Assembly: GCF_006345805.1 (NCBI RefSeq) | Contig: NC_043002.1 | Coordinates: 29,202,001 to 29,266,000 of the forward strand | DNA length: 64,000 bases | DNA from: Octopus sinensis | Taxonomy: Eukaryota | Direction of reading: 5' to 3' | Shown: in pieces, positions 52,281-64,000 of the stretch | How the letters are laid out: every line of letters starts with the position of its first letter | Position numbering within the stretch: position 1 is the first letter of the stretch | Made by a program: the position numbers and the translations under genes | Notes under the pieces: model-generated | What the model was told of the DNA's origin: nothing | The model's input: only the letters and a program-made list of their open reading frames with translations | Database searches by the model: none

Positions 52281-52643
52281 TGATATATATAGGGAAAACA
52301 AGGCGATGAGCTGGCAGAATCGTAAGAATCATGTGTGAGGGGGTGAAGGCATATAACCATTGTTAGATGGAGGATCTGTTTCTGGGACGTACTGAGCAAC
52401 CATTTTGTGTTCTTGAACAAAACGCTGCACTTCACGTTGTTGCAGTCTACTCAGTTGTAAATGGTTAACCCTGCATCGGAGTAAACTTCCGATAAGGCGG
52501 AATGTTGGCCTGTTCCTCTGGCCAGTGGGATGTAAGACCGATGCAAAACCCATCGTGACCAATAGTCTGGTCAATTATGTGATCACGATACATACATAAA
52601 TATATATATATACATATATATATATGTATATATATGCATACAT

Positions 52644-52676
<33 letters not shown>

Positions 52677-52720
52677 AGTGTGTGTGTGTGTGTGTGTGTA
52701 TTTGTATGTTCTAAATTAAT

Positions 52721-52963
52721 AATTATATATGTAATTACATAATTATATTAAAAGGATCAGGAAAGAACATTCTCTATCAAGCTGAAAGTAGATACCAAAG
52801 ACGCTAAAAATCCACTTATAACTCCTACAAAACACGCTTACAACCCATGTTTTGTGAGATCTATACAGTGGCTTTTAGCGCCTTTGGTGTCTACTTTCAG
52901 CATGTTGGAGAATGATCGTTCATGATTCCTTTAATAACATTATATAATTATGCATATAATTAT
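52721..52963. repeat. ~240-bp imperfect foldback
   Basis: gctgaaagtagataccaaagacgctaaaaatccact (52781-52816) pairs with agtggcttttagcgcctttggtgtctactttcagc (52867-52901); pairing extends inward and outward around a ~9-nt loop. Confidence 0.9.
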
Positions 52964-53297
52964 AAATTTAGATTATGAATTACCTATAAGGTTTTATTTT
53001 ATGCTGGCCACTCGATCTATTCATTCACGTGGTTTCATCCTGAATTATATATTTGTGTTTACTTATGATAAGTTGCATTTATCTATCTAGTATAGGGCTC
53101 TACTTTTAGCGAAGGGGCAATAAAATCTCTATTGATTCACCAGAGGCGGTAAATTACAAGACTCCGTATACTATAATTGAAAGGCTCCAATTTCCAATTC
53201 TTTGAATTGCGCTTCTCCGAGCGTTAAATGCTAAACCGACCCTGCTTATCTTTTGAAATATTCAATGTTGCAATATTATTTGAAATATAAAATGAAA

Positions 53298-53600
53298 GTT
53301 TCGGGGTCGATTAAATAAGTACCAGTTGAGTACTGGAGTCGCTGTAACCGAATTGCACCCTCACCCAGAAATACTAGCCTTTTACCAAAAATTTGAAAGG
53401 TGGCGCTTTGGCAAGCTGGTCAGCACGCTGGACAAAATGCTTAGCAGCATTTCACCCGTTTTTACGTTCTGAGTTCAAATTCTGCCGAGTGCAACATTGT
53501 CTTTCATCCTTCCTGAGTTGAGGACTGAGATCTATATAATTGATTTAGCTTTTGCCCCCGAACTTGCTGGCCTTGTGCCAAAATTGGAAACCATCATTAT
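53298..53600 (+). mobile_element. SINE family A: 3' half followed by a degraded full copy
   Basis: ttcggggtcgattaaataagtaccagtt, then gttctgagttcaaattctgccgag...ggccttgtgccaaa. Confidence 0.75.
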
Positions 53601-55694
53601 TATTATTATTGACATAGTGGCGTCACCGAAAACTATGTTAGTGAATATGTGTTTGCCAAATTCCTGACAATAACGTCTGTTAATTCCTCTTATCTGTTGC
53701 TGTGTCTGGGAGACTAAAAACGAGAATGATTTATTGCTAGAATATGAAGACATTATTATTACAATTGAGAAGTTCAACTGTCTCAACCAACAAAGAATGT
53801 AGATATATAAATATTCCATATCACCTTCGACACCCAATAATTAGTTCATTTGTGCGCAGTTCATGAAAGCAAATGTTATTCTATAATAGATGCGGTAGTC
53901 AACATAGTGTCTTCTTTAAAACATATTAGATTAAATGCAGCACAAAGCCGGCTGTCGTAACTTTTCGGTTTATAACTGATCTAAACAGATCTCTTTATAG
54001 AATGTTATTAACGAGTAGTTAAATAGTTTAAGTACAATAATGGTTACAGACATTCGCTGGCAGAGATATTAAGGAAACCAAACAAACTCTTGAGTAATTA
54101 CATTTCTTTATACTTGAAATGAGTTATATCCAGAAGTAAGAGAGCATCGATCGGGCCGTTAAAATCAGCTTTTGTGTTTACAATTACGCTAAGTTAGTCA
54201 GCTCTATGCAGCCAAATATATGATGTGGTTTCAGTAACTATTGACGGCTAAGCCAAGAGATTTCATCTATAGCTGTGTGCCAGTCAAAGCCTAGGACTGA
54301 AATTTCTTAGAGGAAAACTATGCAGGAGCAATTCGTAAGGATGTTCCCTGGCTTTCAATGTAGATTTAATCCATCACATTGTTTAACTGCCGCAACCGCT
54401 CCTTCTGCGCTTTTAGCTGTGTCATTTTTATCGTAAACATTTAAAAACAATCTCTAGGCTTTTTTTTTCACCAGTTTCGATGGCCTTAAGAATAGTTAAA
54501 GGGCGTATCTTTCTGCTCTCCCGAAGCCTCTAAAACAGTCAATATTCAACACAAAATTTCCAAGAAATATTTCTTGTAATATATTCATCCAACATATTTA
54601 AAAAGAAAAAATATATCAATTAAGTACATTTTAGTCAATATTCTGTTGCTATTTTGAGGGTTTTTCTTCCTTTTTCTCCCATTTTTTTTCATTTTTTTCT
54701 TTCAACAGTGACAGCTTCTTTTCATCAAGTACATTTATCATAAATGGGCTGCATTGTGAGGAGGTTTCTGTTTATAAATGTCCCCAAAAAGTTAATAGGC
54801 AACCAATGACTGTGGTAAAAGGCAATTACACAAGGTACTGCAGACAACGATCGAACCCTGACCTATTCACTTACGAAGTAAACTTTTTAATTCCGTAGAC
54901 ATGGCTGTGCACATTTGAGGAAGAATTGGGCGACAGTTCACAGCAAATGAGCGAAATCTTAGAGGCTATGTTGTTGTGGTGACACGATTACCAAGAGGAC
55001 TTCAATCAGAGAGGACGAAGAGGAGGAGGACGATAACGGTGACGAAGACGACGACATCATTGATGATGATGGCGATGATGATGATCGTTTCTCTAATAAC
55101 GCAGATATCAAATGATTAATAAAATTATAGTTACATAAGTGGATATTATGCGTTTCCACTACATTTTTATATATTCGACATTTGTACATTTTTCATGTTT
55201 ACAAATATTTCAACGCAATATACCAGAAAAATACAATCTGTTATATAGCGGGGTCGGGTTCGAATACAGAGATAATCTTGAAGCAAATCATGTTACCTCC
55301 ACCACCATATAAATTTTTACATAACGTTTGGTTTGATAGTTAGCCTATATATTTTTATATTTATATATATTGATTATATATTGATCATATACTGCTTAAG
55401 AAAATAAAATAATAAATAGAGAACAGGAAGGAAGGACCAAGACAAGGTGGAAGCAATCTACTGAATATAAACTAATTTAATTCACGAAAGATTTCCCAAT
55501 CAAGGAGAGAAAAACTTTATTGATTTGCATTGAATGTTGGCATCACCATTTAAGTAGAAACTGTTTCAGCGTCAAAATTAATAGACATGAAATGCGGACA
55601 TATACAAATAATGACAACAAAAGCAATACTAACAGCAGTAACAACAACAACAAACAGTATCATAGACACACAGACACATACGGACATAACTAAG

Positions 55695-55729
<35 letters not shown>

Positions 55730-55820
55730 CACATGTACATACTTGCATACACATAGACACAGACGCACAAGCACACATAGATATGTTTCATATATATATA
55801 TATATAATGTATATATAAAC

Positions 55821-55882
<62 letters not shown>

Positions 55883-56060
55883 CACAACACACACACATAC
55901 ACACACACACACAATATATATATATATATGTGATATATATATATATATGTTGTGTATAGTGTGAAGTGAAAACATGCATACATGGATAAATGTATACATA
56001 ACACGCACATATACACACACATATACACACATGCACACACACACACATATATATATACAA

Positions 56061-56092
<32 letters not shown>

Positions 56093-56627
56093 TATGTCAG
56101 TATAGACAGTCACTGTCAAAGTAATTTAGCTGTCTTGTATTTTAGTTCAGCATTTATCTTCAATCAACCATTGTTATAGATATATGCTTATATATACATA
56201 CTTATATGTGCACATATACATAAAAACAAAAATTCTTACCTACTAACCCCCATATACACACATGCATGTATGTATGAATGCATGTATGTATGTATGTATG
56301 TATGTATGTATGTATGTATGTATATATGTATGTATGTATGTATATATGTATGTATGCATGTATGTATATATGTATTGCTGTGTGTGTGTGTATAAGTTAG
56401 TTTTAATCTACTATGGTGTTGTCTGTATAAAAATGTGATTTTATTTAATAACAATTGTTGATATGCAAGTGCCTAATTGACTGGCTGATACCTTTGTAGC
56501 TGCCTGATGAGTTATAAGAGATCTGAGAGTTTCGCTTGATTGTGTCTAGGTGTGTGAGTATATATATAACGGACATATGTATGTATATGTATATATATAT
56601 ATTTATATTATATATATATATATATAT

Positions 56628-56660
<33 letters not shown>

Positions 56661-56680
56661 ATATATAATATATATAATAT

Positions 56681-56711
<31 letters not shown>

Positions 56712-56756
56712 TTATATTATCCATATATATATTATATATATTATATATATATATAT

Positions 56757-56820
<64 letters not shown>

Positions 56821-57175
56821 CCTATACATACAGTTACACATATATGTGTATAGATATATATACTTATATATACATATATATGTACACACACATTAATATA
56901 TACATATATATTATATACATATGTATTATATATTTACATACTTATATATATATGTATGTGTATGTATATGAATGTAAGCAGGCAGTAATAGAAAAAAAGA
57001 TGATATAACACATAAGAGAAAGGGGGAGGAGACAAAAAGAGTAAAACAAGATAAAAAAAGAAACAAATGCTACAACAGACACAACAGCAATAACAACAAG
57101 GACAATGAGTGCAAAGAAGAAAAATATAAAGAAAACGAATAGCGATTGTAAAAAAATCAGTAGATCACATATATA

Positions 57176-57218
<43 letters not shown>

Positions 57219-57232
57219 CGAATAAGACAGCC

Positions 57233-57263
<31 letters not shown>

Positions 57264-57429
57264 TTAGTTTCAAATTAAAGAACAGGAAGAAGAAAATGAA
57301 TTGATAAGGAAAAAAGGAGATGAGAAAGAAAGAAATAAACGAAGGATATGAAAAAGAAATGTTAAGGGCAACAAGGAGAACAGTAATGAATGAAGGAAAA
57401 GAATAAGATTCGAATTAAACCAAAACATA

Positions 57430-57448
57430 TAGAAACAACAACAACAAT

Positions 57449-57479
<31 letters not shown>

Positions 57480-58538
57480 ACAATAATAATAATAATAATA
57501 ATAATAAGAAGAAGAAGAAGAAGAAGAAGACGAAGGAGAAGAAGAAGAAGAGAAGAAGAGAAGAAGGAGAAGGAGAAGGAGAAGGAGAAGACGGAGAAGG
57601 AGAAGGAGAAGAAGAGAAGAAGAAGAAGAAGAAGAGAAGAAGAAGAAGAAAAGAAGAAGAAGAGAAGAGAAGAAGAAGAAGAAGAGAGAAGAAGAGAAGA
57701 AGAAGAAGAGAAGAAGAAGAAGAAGAAGAAGAAGAAGAAGAAGAAGAAGGAGGAGAAGGAGAAGAAGGAGAAGAAGGAGAAGGAGAAGACGGAGAAGGAG
57801 AAGGAGAAGAAGAGCAACAACAACAACAGCAATAGTAATAGTATATTCTAAGAAAATCAAAACAAATGGTAAGAAACAAAAACAAAAATGATATCGAATA
57901 ATGCAAAAAATGAAATCAATCGAATTACATTGATATCATCATCATCGTCGCCATCATCACAGTCATCGTAGCCATCATCGTAGTGATCGCAGACACCATT
58001 CTCAACATAGCCGTCGTAATCGTAATCGTCGTCATCATCATCATCATCATAATCATCATCGTCGTCGTCGTTGTCGTTGTCGTCACCATCAACCCCAAAC
58101 CACTACCACTAGCACTACCATCACCATCACCACCACCAACGTCATCACCACCACCGTCATCACCACCAACGTCATCCCCACCACCGTCATCCCCACCACC
58201 GTCATCACCACCACCGTCATCACTACCACCGTCACCACCATCACCACCATCACCAGCATTCACTTCCTCCTCCTCCTCATCATCCTCACCATCATCATCA
58301 TCAACATACACAGTGAAAAAGAACAGCAACGATCACTACCACTAATGCTAACACATTATCAACAACATCAACTACTACTACTACTGCTACTACTGCTACT
58401 ACTACTACTACTCTTGCTACTGTTACTACAATTGCTCATAGGCAGAATCTGTGGCGACGATGGGAAAATTAATTGCCATCGAGAGAAAAATACATTTTGC
58501 TTTTATTTCTCTTCTTTTTACACCCTCAAAATTAAAAT

Positions 58539-58611
<73 letters not shown>

Positions 58612-58650
58612 AAATAATAATAACAATAATAATAATGATAACAACAACAA
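57430..58650. repeat. Compound trinucleotide microsatellite field (CAA, TAA, GAA, GGA, CAT, CAC, CTA)
   Basis: Direct inspection; it explains the homopolymeric ORFs. Confidence 0.95.
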
Positions 58651-58793
58651 CCACAAACGTGAAAATAAAAGAACGAAATATAGAGAAAACAAGATCCACT
58701 CAATTTTACCGAGGGTCTGCCATTGTGATTCCAATTTAGCTTATATTAAAAGACAGTCTTTTATCATTGCTCGGCTAATTTCGTCACACCCAC

Positions 58794-58841
<48 letters not shown>

Positions 58842-59244
58842 ACACCCTCACACACACACGCCTACAGACACAGATACACATACGAATAAAACAAGAAACG
58901 AAGACGAGAATAAAAAAAAAATAAGAGTTAACGGAGAGGAGGAGGATGGGAGGTCAAATGAAATGAAGAGTAACCAAAAATATATAAATTGAGAAATAAA
59001 TAAAGACCATCGCAAAGCAGAGAAGAAAAAAAAGATGGATTCTTACTGTCAATATAAGTGTGTAAATAATATATTTGCGCTTGGGTGGGTGTGGGTTTTG
59101 TGTTTCTCTGCCTGTGAATATGTCTGTCTGTAAGTGTGTATGTGTGTGTGTGTGCAAACGCCATATATGTATACATATATATATCGTCACACACACGCAC
59201 ACATACATATATATATATATACACACACACACACAACACATATG

Positions 59245-59275
<31 letters not shown>

Positions 59276-59302
59276 TATATATATAATATATATATATCTA
59301 TA

Positions 59303-59340
<38 letters not shown>

Positions 59341-59372
59341 TATATATATATATGTACATATACATACGTATA

Positions 59373-59406
<34 letters not shown>

Positions 59407-59939
59407 CGTATGTATATGTACATACACACACATACATTCATTCATGCATACACACAAAAATATATGTGTGTGTCTTTTTGCGTGTGGGAGAGGTGTATGT
59501 ATTTGTGCGTATACATATATATGCATATAAGCACACACATATGTATGTATTTAGATAGGCATATATAAAAAAACTATAGAGAACTACAGTAAGAGTGTGG
59601 ATTGATTATGCGTATCTGGGTTGTGTTTGGCTGTATGTATATATACTCGTATATATATTGACATATGTATGTATACTTCCATGTGTAGATGTATGTATTC
59701 CCGTATATCAGTGTGCTACGTGAGTGTGTATCAGTAAAGCTACCGTTATATTCAGAAATATACACGAATAAAGACGTGCGCAAGATGTCATACACACACA
59801 CACATACATACATGAATACATACATTCATACATACATACATAATATAACATATATATATATATTATATATATATATATAAATAAGTAAATAAATAAATAT
59901 ATATATAATAAATATATATATATATAATATATAATATAA

Positions 59940-60015
<76 letters not shown>

Positions 60016-60434
60016 GTATACAAATAGATACGGACACATACATATCTATATTTAATAGAGCGAAAGAGTTACGGAGAGTATCTATAACGTGTCACATTAA
60101 ATTGAAATATCGGCTCTGTAGTCTATTAAAAGACCGAGCTAGAATGTCCTAGTAACTTTTTAGACATTTCAATGTCAGATTTTTTTCCGCTTTCTACTGG
60201 ATCGCAACCTTGTTTGATATGCTGTGTATTTTGTATTTTCTTGCTTTTAATTCCAACGTCGTACGTGAGGTTTTGTAGCTGAGAAAACAAATGGCGGCAT
60301 TCAAAATTTACTCCATCAGCGTTCTACTTTCTCTACGCCTGTAAGTGTATACGTACACACATACATTTTTATACGCATATACATGCATAAATGTATGTGT
60401 GTATAGACGTATATATAGATACATGTACATGTAC

Positions 60435-60484
<50 letters not shown>

Positions 60485-60493
60485 TATATATAT

Positions 60494-60526
<33 letters not shown>

Positions 60527-60677
60527 CAATGTTTACTTATACACACACACTCAAATTAGATCTGTAAAATAGTTTATGCATACCTAAAAACTGTCTGAGT
60601 TTATATATATACGCACATTTATATCCATTCATATACACACACATATACATATTCACATGCACACATACATACGTAAT

Positions 60678-60732
<55 letters not shown>

Positions 60733-61784
60733 TACATGTATATATACGCATACGTGTGCGTCTGTAAGTATTTGTTGCTTAATATGTGTGAACATACATA
60801 CAAATATATATGTGCGGATGTGTGTGTTTATGTGCGTATTTTCACAATATATTTTTGTTTATTAGTGTTTTACCGACGTAGTTTATCACGTTAAATTATG
60901 GGGTTTTTAAAATGCATTCATAAATGCATATGTGTAACCACTCCAATGCAAATTTCACTCCATACTTAAAACTAAGTAAAGTAAATTGAACGCTATTGAT
61001 TTCGGAGATTATTATTGCATTTGTGGGGATCAATGAAACTGACTCCTCAGTGGACTATTCATTGAATATTCCATTGACACTTCTATCTTGAATACTTTCT
61101 TAGTACAGACCATACACAGGGGCGGTCAAACAGTTTCCAAATATCGATTTCATCGACAAGGCTTGGTTAGCCTCCAGTATACGGCAAAAGACACTTGCTC
61201 TAGGTGCCCCGCAGATGGACCGAACCCGTTGCATCATAGTATCATGATTACGAAGATAACTAAATCTATTCCGCCATGTATAACTGCACACACACACACG
61301 AACGCAAGCTCACATATAGTGAAACCCAAACAGACGTACATTCATACGCATGAAATATGCCAAGAAAATGAACAAAAGTAAATTGAGTTAGGAAAGCCAT
61401 GCTAAACCATCTAGTGGTCTTGCAGGAGTCTAGGGAAGGAAAATGAAGGAGGCGGGAAATGTATAGATGGTTAGAGAATGGACAGAGAAAATATCATAAC
61501 TGAGTCCCGAGCTCAGTCACAAAGCTATGTCGGATTGATAAAACTGATGCTGAGCGTGTCTCAATTACATCCCTATGACACAAACAAGAGTGAGGTCCCA
61601 AGCTTAAAAGCAGTATATGTATGTACGTATGTATGCATGTATGTATGTATGTATGTATGTATGTATGTATGTATGTATGTATTTGTGTGTGTATGTATGT
61701 ATGTGTGTATGTGTAGACGTTTCAATGTTCACACACACACATACATACAAAGATATATCAGTTAATATATACAACTTTAAAAAG

Positions 61785-62340
61785 AGCAGCTAATAGTTTC
61801 CTGCTATGAAAATGCAATAATTTGGCAGATGTTCGATAAAAAATATCATACAGCTGTTGCCCCAATATGAAGGACATTATCACTCAGTAGTCACACCAAG
61901 AGCCCACTCCCAACTGTAACTGTTGAAATCTTGGAGCTTGACCAGTCGTGTTTGAAAAACGCATTTGTTTATGAAGCGAAACTGAAGTTCAAGCAGTCCT
62001 TCAAGATAACGAAATCGAAAAGAAAACAATACGTCGGTTGACGAGAAAGCAATTTTTAAAGCCATTATGCAAACCACCTGTCGCATTTCCTATACATCGA
62101 TAAAAGCTGAGCCACTAAGTTGGTTAGCCATGTAAGGCATCTAAAGACCAAATGCACACCACCTACAATCAAGTGGAGAATCGTGGAGAAATCTACGTCA
62201 TATATAAACAGATCAAAGAAATGCAAGTAATGCTTAACTGAAAGAATGCATATTCCTTTTAGACCCAAGAATTCCACCACACTACTTAATTCCAGATCCG
62301 AAATTTTTAACAAATACTAGAACAGAGCATGTTTCTTTAG
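61785..62340 (+). mobile_element. Penelope-like (Naiad-type) linker plus GIY-YIG endonuclease relic
   Basis: KISYSCCPNMKDII (61840-61881); CNC*NLGA*P (61915-61944); FVYEAK...QYVG; ATKLVSHVRHLK; IKWRIVEKSTSY; CK*CLTE; LLNSRSEIFNK. Confidence 0.85.
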
Positions 62341-63521
62341 TCGGACTAAAAGATACTTCCTTCAGCAAACTGAGTAACTATCTCACTGATTTATGCCACT
62401 TTAGTTGTATTATTCTGTAACAGTTAGATTAATTATGATTTCTACAAAGAGGACGTATAGCTTGGATTTGTTTTCCTTATCTCTCTTCTCGTTCCATTTT
62501 TTGCATCAAAAATGTTTTTCTTCCAGTTTTTTTCTTGTGTCTTCTCATAGACCGGCGTCCCGGTTTTCAAATAACTTTAACAGCATGTACTGAGCCTGAA
62601 ATATTGCTTGGAGACATGTGACATGTTATATAAATCTACCAAATTATCGCATCTCTACAGCTTGGACCTGCTATTAGCTCTTTTTTCAATTGTGTATATT
62701 AAATCTTTTCAGCGCATCATACTTAAATCAGATACAACGATGAACCCTGATGAACTACGCTATTGTCTCAAAGTGTCATCTCTTATAGACGTATAGTGTT
62801 ATAAAACATAGAAGTATGTCAGAAGCCGAAGAAAATCGATCAGTAGCGGAGGTACCATTACTAAATTCACATTTCTGTTTCTTTGATCTTTGTCAATAAC
62901 AAGTATTCTCTTCCAACCGCGTGCTAGGACTAAACTAGCTGCTGCTGATACAGTAAAAAAGTAATTGAAAATTCACTGATGACGGAATCTGTATATCATA
63001 CTTAAAACGGATTCATCGCTGAAAGCTTACCTAACTGCACACATATTCATTAAATACAGACATTTTAATTTTAGTAATGATTTGTTGTTTTATCTGAATA
63101 GTAAGAAGCCAATAAATGTCTGGCGGAATGGATTCTCTGATTATTTAGGACAAGAGAACAATACACCATTTTGGTTGTGTGGTGAACACATGTTTCCAGC
63201 CACGAGGATTGCTACTTTTATTAAAAATCATACACAGTTTTAAAACAGCTACGGTACTCGATGCAATTCAACGCATCCTCAATGTAAAAGTTGAACTCTT
63301 GACAAAAGCTGAAAAAATGTCACATATGCATTAATATACAAAAGTTCTTGGAGACGCTTTCATCAAATTGCAGTATAGATGTTCAAACCAATTCCAGAAT
63401 AGAGACGACAGTGATAAGTATATGTGTATGTTCGTGCGTTCGTGTGCGCGCACGCACACACACACACGCACACACATACACATACACACACATACATATA
63501 CATATCGATAGATAGATAGAC

Positions 63522-63552
<31 letters not shown>

Positions 63553-63696
63553 TAGATAGATAGGTAGATAGATAGATAGATAGATACATACATACATACA
63601 TACATACATACATACATACAAACATACATACATGCATACATACATACATACATACATACATACATACATACATACATAGATACATAGATACATGCA

Positions 63697-63730
<34 letters not shown>

Positions 63731-63742
63731 CATACATACATA

Positions 63743-64000
63743 TACAGGTTTGGCAAGAAAGTAATTTCGGCTCTTTTTAGTGTGAAATAAAAGTCTTTTT
63801 TTTTCATACAAAATATGAATTTTAATATTTATTTATTTTCCATTTTTTGTTTGATGATCTTTTGCCATCTTTCTGGCAACTTCAGGATTCTACGCTCATA
63901 GAAATTCTGGTCCTTATTAGCCAAAAGCTGAAGCAAGTGCGATTTCAGGTCATCATCATTATTGAAAGTTTTACCATTCAAAGAATTTTGCAAACTTCGA
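63743..64000 (-). mobile_element. Mariner transposon 3' end with TIR (runs off the window)
   Basis: Minus strand RSLQNSLNGKTFNNDDDLKSHL...FYERRILKLPERWQKII. TIR TAcaggtttggcaagaaagtaatttcgg resembles Hsmar1/cecropia-type TIRs. Confidence 0.88.

Noticed and set aside
62971-63035. CTGATGA-hairpin-GAAAGCTTA as a hammerhead or a SECIS
   Set aside because: No stem I pairing and extra bases before GAAA; it also lacks the 3' GA adjacent to the helix that a SECIS needs.

Overview
Repeat-saturated, AT-rich eukaryotic DNA with no recognisable intact host gene; it is intronic or intergenic. The SINE repertoire and microsatellite density suggest an octopus/coleoid genome (inference). Almost all ORFs in the supplied track are microsatellite read-throughs. 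Supportable content: two mariner relics; an R4/Dong-type RLE LINE; a CR1/L2-group LINE; RTE fragments; Penelope-like element (PLE) fragments, including a Naiad-type RT and GIY-YIG; a non-autonomous Helitron; two tRNA-derived SINE families; several long foldbacks; and one 100-N gap. The most notable hidden signal is a set of at least seven type-I minimal hammerhead ribozyme motifs. Two have fully intact cores (3117-3164 +, 43923-44000 -), and three belong to a ~180-200-bp dispersed family that consistently carries a non-canonical U at core position 6. Also notable: a TGA exactly at the third Cys of a Naiad CxCx5C motif (possible Sec codon), SINE dimers enclosed by single TSDs with a recurrent junction, and a LINE 3' tail matching a SINE tail. 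Coordinates were read by eye and boundaries are approximate.
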